64,000 bases of DNA from Lama guanicoe. Lineage: Eukaryota. Shown here one piece after another: positions 51,205-64,000 of the stretch. A model generated the notes under the pieces. It was not told the DNA's origin. It saw only the letters and a program-made list of their open reading frames with translations, and ran no database searches. Position 1 is the first letter of the stretch. Each line of letters begins with the position of its first letter. Location of the stretch: positions 23,002,795-23,066,794 of the forward strand of contig MU054187.1 of assembly GCA_013239625.1 (NCBI GenBank). The letters run 5' to 3'. The translations under genes were made by a program, and so were the position numbers.

Positions 51205-54027
51205 AATGATAGAGTAAGGACCTTCAAAATTCTCTTTCATAAAAGCAATAAGAAAAATTCTGCAAATTTGTGAAAATCAACTTTTTTTCAGTTTGCTGAA
51301 AATTAACCAAATGCATATAAGCAACCTGGGGAGCATTTAAGTAATACAGCTGACTTTCAGTAAGACCAGTGAGCTTTGTGGCATTTGCCTTCTATTCAGC
51401 TCTGCCGTAGCCTTGGAAACCAACAGTCCACCAACATGGTGAAAACTGGAAGTCTGGCAGCTGCTGAGAGGCTAGAACAGGGTTGCTTCTTTCCCAGAGA
51501 AGTGTAATTCTTTGACCTGTCCTGTGATTCTTGGGAAGACTCAATGTGAGTGAAAGTTTGTTTTTATGTGACATGGCTCAGCTCACCAGTGTAAAACTTT
51601 TTCCCAGATGTGTCTTTTAAAAACACAGTTTAACCTAGTGACTGCTGAAGGCAGTGGATAACATTTGTGGCAAACAATAGAAGCGTTCCCATTTCATTTG
51701 GTGAGGCAAGTATTACACTGATACCAAAACAGACAAAGATATCACAAGATAAGAAAACTACAGGCCAACATCTTTAGAAGTATAGATGCAAAACTTCTCA
51801 ACAAAATATTGTCAAACTGAATCCCTTACCATATAAAAAGGATTATACACCAAGACCAAGCAAAATTTTCCTGGGAATGAAGGTTTATTCAACATATAAG
51901 TTTAAGTCAATGTGATAACAGAATACGTTTGATTAATATAGACATTGAAAGAACAGAGAATAAAAATTGCATGATCTCTTTGATTAAAAATAATGTTAAC
52001 AAAATAGAAATAGAAAGGAATTTTCAGATCCTGATAAAGATCACCTGATGGGAAATGAGATAAGAAAATAAAGACGATATCCTTATTGGAATGGAAGAAT
52101 TAATGCTGTATCTCCTTGCTGACAACACAATTGTGTGTATAGAAAATTCTTAGAAATTCACAAAATAACTGTCAGAATCAATAAATGAATTCAGCGGGAT
52201 ACAAGATTAATACACAAAGCTCAACTGTCTTTCTATGAACTGGCAGTAAACAGTCAGAAAATAAAATTAAGAAAATAAGTTCATGTATAATGGCATCAAA
52301 ATGAATGAGATACTTCAGAATAAATTTAATAAAAGAAGTGTTTGGCTTGTACACTGAAAACCACAAAGCATCATTGGAATAAATGAAAGGAAATCTAAAT
52401 AAATGGAAAGATACCTTCTCTTCATGGATTGGAAGACCTAATATTGTTAAGATGGCAATTCTCACCAGACTGAGCTACAGGTTTGACAAAATTCCTATCA
52501 AATCTATCAAATCTCAGCTCGCTCTCCTCTCTCTTTTTTGCAGAAATCAACAAACTGATCCTACCTTAATATAGGAATAAAAGGAACTTAGAATAGTCAA
52601 AAGAATCTTGAAAAAAGAACAGCTAAATAGGAGGACTCACATTTCCAGATTTCAGAACTTACTACAAAAACTACAGTAGTCATGATTGTGCAGTACTAGC
52701 ATAAGGATAAATATTATACCAATGGAATATAATTAAAAATCAAGAAATAAACCCACATGTTTACAGTTAATTTATTTTTAACAAGAGTACCAAGACAATT
52801 TCAATAAATAGTGCTGGAATAGCCGGATATCTACAGGCAGAAGAATACATTTGGATTCCTACCTCACATCTTATGCAAAAAACAAGTTAACATGCATCAT
52901 ATATTGAATTTAACAGCTAAACCTATATAACTCTTAAAAGAAAGCGTAGATGCAAATCTTCATGACCTTGCATGAGGCAACTGGTCCTACATATGATACT
53001 TAACAAACAAGAAACCAAAGAGAGTACAGATAAATTTGATCTCATAAAAACATTTTAAAAACCCAAAAAACAAACAAACAAAACCTTTTGTGTGCTTCAA
53101 AGGACACTGTTCAGAAAGTGAAAAGACCACCCACCAAATAGGAGATATATGATTCACAAATCATAAATCTGATTGGGGTCTGGTATCCAGAATATATACA
53201 GAACTATTACAGTTCTACCAAAATAACCAAAATAAACCAGTTAAAACTGAGCAAGTAATTTTGAGCACATATTTCTCCAAATTAGAAGAAATGCTAATCA
53301 GAAAAATATGTCAATTGACATCCACTGGGATGACAAAAAGAAAAAATACAGACAATAATACTTACTGATGAAAGTGTGAAGAAATTGAAACCCTCATACA
53401 TAGATGATGGGAATGTACAGTTGTGCAGGCTCTCTGGAAAATAGTTTGTCAATTCTCAAAAAATGAACCATTGAGTTTTTGTATGACCTGGTAATTCTAT
53501 TTCTAGGTTTAGAAGAATTAAAAACATACGTCCACACAAAGACTTCTACATGAATATTCATAGCTCCAAAGTGGAAGCAACCTAAATGTACACCAACTGA
53601 TGAATCACTAAACAAATATGGTATATCCATACAATGGACTATTACTCAGCCATAAAAAATAATGGAGTGCCAATTTATGCTACAACATGGTAAACTCCCA
53701 AAACATCATGCTACCAAAAATAGCCAGACACCAAAAGCTACGTGAAGTATGACTCCATTTGTAAGAAATATCCAGACAAGGCTAAACATAGAGGCAGAAA
53801 CTAAATTAGTGCTGCCAGGGTCCAGGTTCAGGTGGGAATGGAGAATGAATGCTATTAGGTATTATAGACAACATTTGTTTTCAAAGATGAAAAAATTGTT
53901 TTCACTAGACAGTAGTGATACCTGCACAATTTCTGTGAATATACTAAAAAACCCCACCGAATTATATACTTTAAAAATGGTGAAAGCAGTTATTTTTATG
54001 GTGTGTAAATTTTATCTCAGTAAAAGA
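51205..54027 (+). mobile_element. L1MB-like element: 5' UTR-like segment (~51205-51680) joined to deleted ORF2 and 3' UTR
   Basis: ORF 52383..52574 gives [20 protein letters not shown], matching the L1 ORF2 RT-downstream motif; attacactgataccaaaacagacaaagat at ~51712; 3' end gtgtgtaaattttatctcagtaaa. Confidence 0.88.
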
Positions 54028-54444
54028 TTGGTGGGAATGCATAATATTTGGATCAATTTTTAAGTTATAATATTTATAAAAATTGATCCTATACTGTATC
54101 ATGAGACACAATTCACCAAATTTCAAAGAATGTAGTCACTTAGAGTGTGACTACATTTAATTAATTAATCTACAATTAATCCAGAAATAAAACAAGTAGA
54201 AGCTAGAAAGTTTAATATGTTTCAAAATTTTTAAAAATATATTTATAAAATCCAGTGGATTCAGAATAAATCACAGTGGAATTGGAAAAATATTTTACCT
54301 TAATTGAGGTGAAAATACTAATTACAAATCAAAATTTGCCGATTGTAACTTGCCATCATGCTTAGAGAAAAAAATTTAATAGCTACAAATAGAAGTATGG
54401 GGTGAAATTCAAAAGCTTATGTGTATTAAAGAAACTGCATATAT

Positions 54445-54517
54445 GAATGACTGAAAAATTGTGCTGAACACTGGAATTTGACACAACATTGTAAAATGAT
54501 TATAAATCAATTAAAAA
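54445..54517 (+). mobile_element. Ultra-short 5'-truncated young L1 3' end with a perfect 17-bp TSD
   Basis: TSD aaagaaactgcatatat at 54428-54444 and 54518-54534; the insert tgacacaacattgtaaaatgattataaatcaatt plus A run resembles the 3' end of the L1 at 12.0 kb. Confidence 0.9.
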
Positions 54518-55719
54518 AAAGAAACTGCATATATAATTTAATATCTTCCCACAAAGTCCCATTTGGTCTGGTAATTTATGAATTCTACCAAATACTTAAG
54601 GAAAATAAATGTCAATCTACACCAACCTCTGTAAAGAATAAGGGGAAAGATCTGTCCTACACTTCCTTAATTAGCCTTTGCATTAAAACCTGACAAGGAT
54701 GTTACATGAAAAAAGATTGTTGGCCTATCTCACAAATAAACATAAACAAAAAATCATGATGCTATGTTAGTATAGTGAATCCAGAATATATAGAACAAAT
54801 TATTTATCACAACCATGTTTGATTTATTCCAGAAATGTAAAGTTTAACATCAAAAAGTATCAATGTATATTTTACCATAGTTTCAGAATTAATGAGAAAC
54901 ATCTTATAATCATTTTTTCATAACCCCTTAGTTTTCAATTTTTGTTCAATGAACCCAGATATACCACCATTCCTGTAACTATTATTGAAGTTTCAGAGCT
55001 TTGCGTATGCACTATAATAAAAATATGTCAACTCTTGAGGGCACCCTTCAGGAAAATCTGCTAACAGCAGGACCCTTTGAATCACATCTTGCAGATCAAA
55101 CTGGCATTACTTTTTCAGCTGTTCCTCTTGAACTCCCTCTGAAGCTACAAAGAAAAGGAAACAATAATCATGATTACTGAAATGGAATCACATGGTATTC
55201 TGTAGCCACCTTTGCCAAAATATGCCTCTTTGCTTGTTAAAACTTTAGAAAAGGAGTGAAAAGTTTTATGTGTGCCAGAGTTGACTTTGAAGTCCTGTCT
55301 GTAGCAGTTACTTGAAGTAGAAAGAGGTAACTTCATCTCAAATAAAATCTGCTTATAGAATGAACATCACTCCCAGATTTTTTTTTTGTTATTCAAGTAC
55401 AATTTAAATGTTAAGATAATGCTATAGGCACACTACAAACTACTTTCTTATTTCAAGTTAGTTACATATTCTTTGATATAAATTGCTTGATATTATAAAT
55501 TAGTAAATAGCAACATTACAATCTGAGTAACCTAAGGTTGATGTAAAAATACGAATAATAATGCTAACATCTATTATGAAAAAATGATGTTCCTATACTT
55601 TTACACTGATAAAATAGAGAGAGAAGCCATACAATTCTGGAATGTCCCTTATGTTAACCAAAAAACAATAGCAGAAACCATATCCGTAACTTAGTTATCA
55701 ATTTTCTACCTTTTTATTG

Positions 55720-55890
55720 AGATAGACAGACTTTGGCTTAAAATTCTGGCAATGCAACTTGCTTAATTTTCTTGAGGCATCAATTTCTCATTTGCAAAAA
55801 TTGTTGCAAGAGTATCTGTCCTGTAGAAGTTTCATGAAGATTGCATGAAACAGTGTGAACCTTGTCTGGAGGGCGCCTAGCATTCAACAT
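55720..55890 (+). mobile_element. MIR SINE (degenerate)
   Basis: aacttgcttaattttcttgaggcatcaatttctcatttgcaaaa MIR core. Confidence 0.6.
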
Positions 55891-57182
55891 GCACGATCAC
55901 ATTTAAGTTTGCTTGACTTCCTTCTTGTACCAGAACTTGCAATTCCGTGTCCTTTCACAGCCTGAGAAGAGAGAGCTTCTTAAGCCATCTCTTCAAACCG
56001 AACCAGAGATAGACCCTTAATCTAATGGAAGCAAATGTATAGGTTTGGACAAACCAATTATCTTTCTTCAGTAAGTAAATTCTGTCATACACACTGGAGC
56101 CAACTTGTAGTTTCTCAAATTGCAAGATTATGTAAACTTGGTTTGGGGGCTTCTGCATTAAGAGACTGAAGGATGTGAGTGGATACTGTTAAAGGGAAGC
56201 AGATGTAGCAGCAGGAGAGAGATCTTGTAATTCCCAAGATACAAAGCTAGCACCCTTGTTCCCTGATATTTCTGACTACAAGTTCAATTCTAATTTTGCT
56301 ATGTGGTTAGAACTTGCTATATATATTACTTTGTGTGTCCTTTTTAGGCATACATCTTTGTTACTCTAGCTGGCTTAAATGTGTTCTAATCATTACAATC
56401 AAGTAAGTGTGAGTTATAAACTACTCCAGTGCTTTTTAAATTCTGTTTTTTAGGGCAACTTTCATTAGTTTTCAAGATATTAAGTTACCCCTTGATTTTT
56501 AAGCTAGTATTGATTTTAAAGTAGACTCTAAGATTGGTTATGGATAGCACGTAGTGTGAAACTAAAATTTGTGGCCTAAAAATGGTGGATTTATTATATC
56601 ATATTCTAATATTGAAGAAAAAAGGGAATATGAAGACTACATAAGCCTCAGGAGGAAAAATGATCAGAACAGTTTGTCCAATAGTTGAATGGGTTCTGCG
56701 TGAAATACCATGGTCCCAGATTATATTATGTATTAGTATTTATAAATATATTATGTAGAATGCTTTTGATGGGAGTAAATAAAAAGAGCTAATTAAAAGG
56801 AGATCATGTAAACAAAGCAAATGCCTGATATTTTTAGCCTCCATCATAGAAAGTGATTCTGGCAAGGATAAGGTAATGGCTCTGGGGTAGATGACCAGTA
56901 ATGCCTGTCACATGCAAAGTACTAAACATAGTTTCTGATTATGAAGTTAGTCAGCATACAAACTAGATTAAATAATTTATGCTAAAATTCTCTGTGATGA
57001 TCTAGTTGTCTGTGAATGGGAATTTAGGAAGAAGCTCCAATGAGTCAATTTTATTATTAAGGAAAATCAAATTTTATCTTCTATATCAAATTACTGATAA
57101 AGATAAGATTAGCAACTTCTCTATTTTTTGCTTATTTCTAAAAATTTTTGATAATATTTTAATTACTTTGGTTTCCCTCTAG

Positions 57183-57250
57183 GATTAGACCCAGTAACCC
57201 AGCAACTTATGCTTCAAACAGCTAAACCAACTTTCGGTCACTTGACAGAT
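57183..57250 (+). CDS. CNBD1: Internal coding exon (68 nt, phase 1 to 0); encodes (G)LDPVTQQLMLQTAKPTFGHLTD
   Basis: Acceptor tactttggtttccctctAG ending at 57182 and consensus donor GTAAGT at 57251. The phase matches the exon ending at 19097 (G+GA = Gly), there are no stops, and the context does not look repetitive. Confidence 0.85.
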
Positions 57251-57551
57251 GTAAGTAAAATGTTCACATTATGACAAATATCACTTTTCATGGTAATTAA
57301 AGTAAACATCTATAATATTTTAAGGTTTAGTTGTCTTGCTACTAAAAGTGACTTCATAATATCCACTGTCTAGAAAACAATGAAATAGAATATATGTTAA
57401 AGTTCTTACATATACCTATTTACACATTTTAATGTAATATTTGGTAATATTCTTGTAACATGGAGATACGTAACACATTACAAAAACTTCCACAGTCTAT
57501 CTCAGTAAAAGTGTACCATAAAATCAGTCCTACATTAAAAAATTTTCACTT

Positions 57552-58008
57552 ATGCTTTCTTATACGAGTTTTACAGTTTCAGATATTATGTTTAAGTCTT
57601 TAATCCATTCTGAGTTAATTTTTGTATATGGTGTATGAAAAATGTCCAATTTTATTCTTTTACATGAGTGCAATATAGACACATAGATGAACCTTGGGGA
57701 TCTTATCATAGATGAAACAAGCCAGTCACAGGAAGAGAAATATTGCATAATATGACTTAAACGAGGTATCTAAATTAGACGCATGGAAGCCAAAAATAGA
57801 ATCGTGGTTGCCAGGGGTTGGAGGAAGAGGGAAATAGAGAGTTGCTAATCAACTGGTATAAGATTTCAGTCATACAGGGTGAGTATTCTAGAGATCACCT
57901 GTATAACATTCTGCCTAGAGTTAATAACACAGTATTGCACATTTAAAATCTGTTAAAAGGGTAGCTCTCATGTTAAGTGTTTTTAACCACAGTAAAATAA
58001 TAAAAAAA
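57552..58008 (+). mobile_element. L1MA-like 3' end with an inverted 5' segment (junction ~57665)
   Basis: 57552-57665 is antisense ORF2 (tttaagtctttaatccattctgagttaatttttgtatatggtgt); 57667-58008 is sense 3' UTR with an A tail; flanks aaaaattttcac / aaaaagtttcac. Confidence 0.8.
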
Positions 58009-58579
58009 GTTTCACATTTTTCAACAGCTATACAAACAGTTAAACATATAGTTCAAAAACTGTGGGTCATTTTAATTTCAGTTTTAGCATGCCCTTTTTA
58101 CGTGAACAGAATATACTTACAGTTGCAATAAATACCCCTTATATCAATCTTTTGAAAACTTATGTTTATAATGTGCTATAGAATGCTTAGAACCATTATG
58201 AATTGAACTGTATTAGAATATTTAGTTAGTGGATGCTAGAATATTTAATAACTTATACAAGAAATGAGAACCTTGAACAAATTTCATGATATAATGAAGA
58301 ATATGGAGAACATTTAAATCAATAACATTCCAGAGAGGTCTGGAGAAAGCCAGATGGCCTGATGGGATTGCTCTACATGAAAGGAAGGGAGAACCCAAGT
58401 CCACATGTCTGGAGTGGGTGTTTGTAGAAGGTGACAGACTACGATGTGTGATATGAGAAAATAGTAGAGAAGTCAAAGGGGAAAGGAAACAGATTGGCAG
58501 TTTAACTAAACAGGGTCTTTGAGAAACCCAAAATCCCTAAAGGGAATTTTTCAAAACTAACTTGTTTCTGCATTTGTAG

Positions 58580-58670
58580 GTATAAATAAATCGCTTTGCT
58601 GTACACCTGAAACTAACATTGTAAACTGACTACACTTCAATAAAAAATTAAGAATTAAAGAAAAGAAAAA
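58580..58670 (+). mobile_element. Short artiodactyl-type L1 3' end
   Basis: tcgctttgctgtacacctgaaactaacattgtaaactgactacacttcaataaaaaa; taacttgt is repeated on both flanks. Confidence 0.8.
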
Positions 58671-61600
58671 TAACTTGTATATAGTGTGGTACTCAGGGCT
58701 AGCCCTCCCCTCCATCTTCCCACAAAACCCTTCGTGAAATTCATGTAACTCACTCTGATGATTTCAGTGTTTTCTTATGGCTGAGTTTGATGTGCTGAGT
58801 ACTCCTTTAAGGCTAAAGTGAGGTGAGAATAGAAGTTCCCCAAAGGGGACAATATCTGCATTATATTTTGCGAACACATCAGGGACTTAAGAATTAAGGT
58901 GCAGCTCTCAATTTTGAATCAAAGCGTCATAATGAACGTGAGACAAGAGTGTTTCCTCACTGTGGTTGCCTAATGGCACGAACCATGATGGTAGTTGGCA
59001 TATGACTGAACAGAAGAAGGACATTAGGAGATGGATACTGTGCACAGTTTAATATTAGAATATTCAAACCAACTGCTAAATACATGGACCATTTCATGTA
59101 TTTGAGTGAAAGAACTAAGAAATGTTATTCTGAAGTTTTAGGCTAGTAATGAGTAGATAATTGAGCCACAATAGTTAATCAGATCTTAACATACTCAATT
59201 ATTCCAGGTTTGTTATAAGATGTCCCTGGCAAATGTCACCTGTAGAGATGACAGGTGAGAAAGTACTCTGCTGGGTGACTGGATCATCAATCAAGTATTG
59301 GATGATTTGTTAAGGCCAAAAGCTGCCAGAAAATAAAGAAATATATTGCGAATGTAATGCCAGTAGCATGTGAAAAATATTTTGATTTGTGGTTAGAATA
59401 TGCCACTGAAATGCTCAGGAGTAGCAGGTACAGAGTTGAGACATGAAAAAGATTAGAAAAATCATTTGTAAGACCCAGTGCTAGGATTTGCATAAGGTAG
59501 ACACGTCTCTGTTTTGGTGGCATTATGTGATAAAGTGGAACGTAGCTGGGATTAAGATGATAAGATTCTGATCGTAAGTCAAAAAGACAGATAATGAAAG
59601 ACTTTTACACATATTTTAACACTCAAGAGACTGTAATAAGGCTTCTGAAATATGATGTGAAGAAAATGTTGGAACTACTCAGAAACAGTCACTTCAAGAG
59701 CAATTTATAATTAGGCTTCCTGGAAATACTTAGAATTCATTAAAAACCGAACTTTTCCCTTTGTATTTGTCTCTTAGTCAAGCTGATTCAGGAGGAGGAA
59801 GGCTGCAGGTAATAATGCCAGCTCTCAGTAGAGAGAAGGGAATGGTAGAACTGAGACTTCAGTTGTCAGTTCAAAGTGGCTCATCTGCAGATTACTAATG
59901 TGTAATGCAACCTGAGGTCATATGTGCTGGAGAACAGGAAAAAATTGGCCTCCAGACCTTGTCCCGGCACTGGGATTGGCCACTAACTTAGTTCTGGTTT
60001 GGTGTTTGTCTTCTATAAAGCTGGAAGGACCCCCTGGGACATGAAGGAGCAGATGTGGGGAATAAAAACGTAGGACTTTTCAAGACTATAGGGAATGCAA
60101 ACACTTAGTCATTCATTTCCTTTATTTTAAGGGTAGAAATCATATCCCTTTCCTAGAGAAATTAAGCTCTTGATTACAAGTGCATTATCCTTTTCATTTT
60201 TCAAATAAGAATATAAAACTATATTATATATATATAATGAGCAAGATATATATATATATATATATATATAAATGAGCAAGATTATTACCAGAGAATTTTA
60301 AGAAGAGCTTTTATTTTATTTATTAGCCTGAATTAATGTATGATAAAGGAGAATGGGCAAAGGGAATAATTATAACCTTAATATAATTCAGAAAAATTTT
60401 TAATTAGATGAATAAAACCCGATCTTTCCCTTTAAATACCTTCTTAATAGACTCAATAGGCTAACATTTAATTTGAATAATCATTTGATATGGTCAATTT
60501 ATTCTATTACATTTCCTCCTAAACATTCTGACTGCTGTGGACCATCCATATTGTATGATACATGATTTCAAAATTTCAGTTTAAACCGAAATGTTTCTAA
60601 AAGGTATATAGATAATAATTATAAACATAGAGGGATTTTTTAAAAGAGTTAGTATGACTATCTTTAATACTCCTACCAAATCAATTATGAAAATAAAGTT
60701 TATGAAGTAAAAAGCAAATGTTATGTTGCAATATGAAAACTGCTCTGCTTCTCATTAGAATAAATGTTATAGTCTCTTAAAATTACTCTTAATTTAATAT
60801 GCTTTTCATTTTACGCATAATTATTGAAATCCTTCTGTTTTTAATCACAGTTTTCCAGAAGAAAAAAAAATATAAATCAAATTTCTAGACCTTGGCAATG
60901 TTTTCTGCTTTTGAAAACAGATTTTCACGTTTTCGAGAAGGACTTTTCTTATTGAAACAATTAGTTTTTCTTGCATAAATAATTTAAAAATAATAAAGAG
61001 CATCTGAGGTTGTCTATTATTTTAATGAGTTACAGTTTTGGAACAAGAATCATTCTATTGCATTTGCAACGAAACTTTCATTGTTGCCATTTATTTCTGT
61101 GTATATGCATATATATTGGCTCATGAAATACACAAAGTACAGATAGTGAATGCAAATTAGCCAATTTATGCCTGTTATTTCATGTATAATTAATGCTGCT
61201 AGGTTTTTCCTAGTGTGCCCCTAAGAAAATCACATACAAATGATTCAATATATATTTAACAGAATGACAGAGAAGTTTACCAAAGCTGTATTACTTGCAT
61301 AGTTGACAACCCCCAGGGAGCTAATGACTCCCAAATCTCCACCACAATGTCTTAACTCTATCTAGTAGGAAATTAGAGTCATCCCATATGACCTGTTTAT
61401 TAATTTTTTAATTCATACATATAAATTGACAACCTAATTTGTGACACATTCTATTGTTAACCACACTGACTTAATTCAACATTTATCGTTTTTGGCATGT
61501 GATGATTTTCCAATGGCCATGCATTCATTTTCAGGACCAAAAGTTTCAATTCTAAGGAAAGTTATGTCTCACTACTTAAGAATAGAATTCCTTATCACTA

Positions 61601-61984
61601 TGGCAGTTTTCTTTATATCTTTAAAGATTAATATTGTTTATATTTAAAAGGCTTAACAAAACTCTGAAATCTTTAATTATTTAGGTTTTGTTTCAAATTA
61701 ATGATAAAAATTTAACTATATTTAGATTTGGGGACTCATAATTCAGGATTAAATTGCATATTGACACTAAGTACACGTAAGTGACAGAGAGGAAGAAAGA
61801 GAACAGAGAAAGAGAGGAGAGTCTGAGAGAGTGGTGCAGATTTGTTATGTTGACCTCATGAGGGAGACAGAACAATCATACAAATTAACTAAGTTACAAT
61901 TACAGAATCTTGGAAATTTTTACACAGAAAAATTGAAAGACAATGTTATGTGACCATTTTGCTGCACTTTATTATTTTTATCTT

Positions 61985-62475
61985 CCTATAGATATTTATA
62001 TTGAAGCATAATATGCACATATATTATGCATATGGGAAAAGCATACAGTTCTTAAGCGTGCAGGTCGATGAATTTACGTGAAGTGACAACCACCATGTAG
62101 TCGCTACAAGGCTGACAAAGTTCACGTTACAGGACATTGCCAGTACCCCAGGAACCGCCCCCACATCCCTGCTCTCTCCCCAGAGGGAACGATTCATCTA
62201 GCCTTCTCATCATAGGCTAGTTTTAGCTCCTCTAGAACACTATGTAAGGTGGAATTCTATAGTATGCATTGTTTCTTTTCCATTGGCTTTCCCTCCTTTA
62301 TGTGATGTCTGTCACACCTATCAATGGCATGTGTGTAGCAGTTTTATTTTTTATTGGTGAAGGACAGTGCTTGGTGTAAATATGCTACGACTCCATAGTA
62401 TAAATAAATACAATTGATTTTGCCTTTTATGGTCATCTTGTTTTTTCAAGTTTTGGGTTATAAAGAATAATCCTA
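61985..62475 (-). mobile_element. Old L1 3' UTR fragment
   Basis: tttatattgaagcataatatgcacat...tcttaagcgtgcaggtcgatgaattt...ggacattgccagtaccccagga. Confidence 0.7.
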
Positions 62476-62482
62476 TTGATCC

Positions 62483-64000
62483 TAGTTCTAGGCAAGATGG
62501 AGTAAACCAGCTCTTCCCTTTTCTTTCACTGAAGGAAGCTATAAAACCTGGATGGAATGCATAGAGAAGTAAATGAGTGTTCTAAAAAGTACACAGTGGC
62601 AAGTTCATTGGGGAAGAAGTATCAAAGTAACAAAAACTGGCAGTGAATTGACCATGTATTTTCCCTTGTTGCCTGAGCTTGTGGGTGAGGACAGCCTCAG
62701 AAGTCCAAGGCAAAATGAGTTAACTCATGCCCTCGTTTTATGGCCAGGGAAATGAAAAGGAGGACCATAGAGAATTAAGAAGTATCAGGGAGGAAAAATG
62801 AGGTGAAGGCATTGACAAAAATGAATTTTTTAATTCGTTTTAAAAAATTTTGAGCTCACACCTGAGCTACATGTGCATAGATCTGTTCCTAATCAGCCTT
62901 AAAAAAAGACTGAGAACAAAGTCAGTAGATAGACCAGCACCCAGGCTGGTCACAGGTGGCACACATTGGGGACAGATAGGAAGAGCACTTCAAAATCTTT
63001 GGAAACTTAACTGATAGTTTCCCAGCCCATGAAAGGTGTACTGCAACTTGTAACCTGAACTTAACCAGGTCTATCGTCTACTTAAATAAACATAGGCTCA
63101 TTCTCATCAATATTTAAATAAGACACACCCACACACATACATAATATAATATCTATTTGTCTGTCTTATTTTGAACATAATCATACTATCTGTGGATAAT
63201 GACAGACTTATTTAACCTTTATATTTCTTACATTATATTTACATTTTCTTGACATTACACTGGCTAACACGTCTAGTATAATATTTAATAAAAGTTGTGA
63301 TGGAACAATTTCAGTATTGCACCATATGAACTGCATGTTTATATGCATATACTCTTTGTCAGATCAAGGAAATCCCCTACAATTCTGTTCATGATTGAAA
63401 GATTCAAAATTGTTAACTTGGCAGTCGTTACCAATTTGATCTATGGTTAAACACAATTACATTACAAATCCCACCATGTGTTTCTCTAGAAATTGACAAG
63501 TTGATTATAAAATTTATGTGGAAATTTTAAGTACACAGAATAGGCAAAATAATTTGGAAATACATAAAAACACTTCAAATAGATAAGCACAATTTAGAAA
63601 CAGATGAACGACATTTAAAAACATACTAGAGAGCTACACTGACCAAGTGATATTGGTGTATGATTCAATGGAAGAGAACATACAGTACAGAAGTAGACCC
63701 ATGCACCTGTGCATATATGGTCAACAAAGCTTTGCCAAGGCATTTTAAGAAGGAAACGAAAGTCTTTTCAGCTTTCTGTGATGGAAACATTGGATATAAA
63801 TATGAAAAACACAAGCCTCACCCCATCTCATTTATACAGTTTAACTAAAGAATGTCAAAACTACAAATTTCAGGAGAAAACTTTTCAACTTTGGAGTAGA
63901 CAAAGATTTATTAGACAGAAGACAGAAAACATGAACCAAATAAAGAAAAAAGTGGTAAGCTGAATTAAAAATTTAAAACTTCTGCTCTTCTAAAATTATG
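62483..64000 (+). mobile_element. Composite of old L1 pieces: 5' UTR-like segment (~62483-63100) and ORF2 fragment (~63370-64000)
   Basis: caagatggagtaaac 5'-end motif; ctgttcatgattgaaagattcaaaattgttaa and agaaattgacaagttgattataaaatttatgtggaaa ORF2 motifs. Confidence 0.65.

Noticed and set aside
59236..59258. Inverted E-box pair tcacctgt-N7-acaggtga as a regulatory site
   Set aside because: 8-bp arms are within chance expectation and I have no conservation or chromatin evidence.
534..63963. Most ORFs in the supplied six-frame track as independent genes
   Set aside because: They are short and largely chance or antisense frames of L1, LTR and Tigger sequence. Only 18797..19189 overlaps a supported exon, and its ATG is intronic.
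1..64000. CRISPR array, operon or other prokaryotic-type system
   Set aside because: No repeat-spacer array and no dense long ORFs; the sequence is mammalian intronic DNA.

Overview
AT-rich, repeat-dense mammalian genomic DNA, most likely camelid: it carries two vic-1-like tRNA-derived SINEs and artiodactyl-type L1 3' ends. The window lies inside a large + strand gene I recognise from memory as CNBD1 (cyclic nucleotide-binding domain containing 1). Three phase-compatible coding exons are present (17219-17328, 18947-19097, 57183-57250), separated by 1.6 kb and 38.1 kb GT-AG introns; the start and stop codons lie outside the window. The rest is intronic and dominated by decayed L1s, L2/MIR, ERV/MaLR solo LTRs and DNA transposons, including a near-full-length Tigger2-type element with a nested SINE. 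I found no convincing novel multi-gene system. The best leads are an Arg-to-Phe change in the phosphate-binding cassette, an exon extending the protein beyond the short human C-terminus I recall, a candidate alternative last exon near 49.0 kb, a perfect 30-bp palindrome in an LTR beside an exon, a perfect 65-bp tandem duplication and several clean insertion scars. Repeat family names were assigned by eye and their boundaries are approximate.
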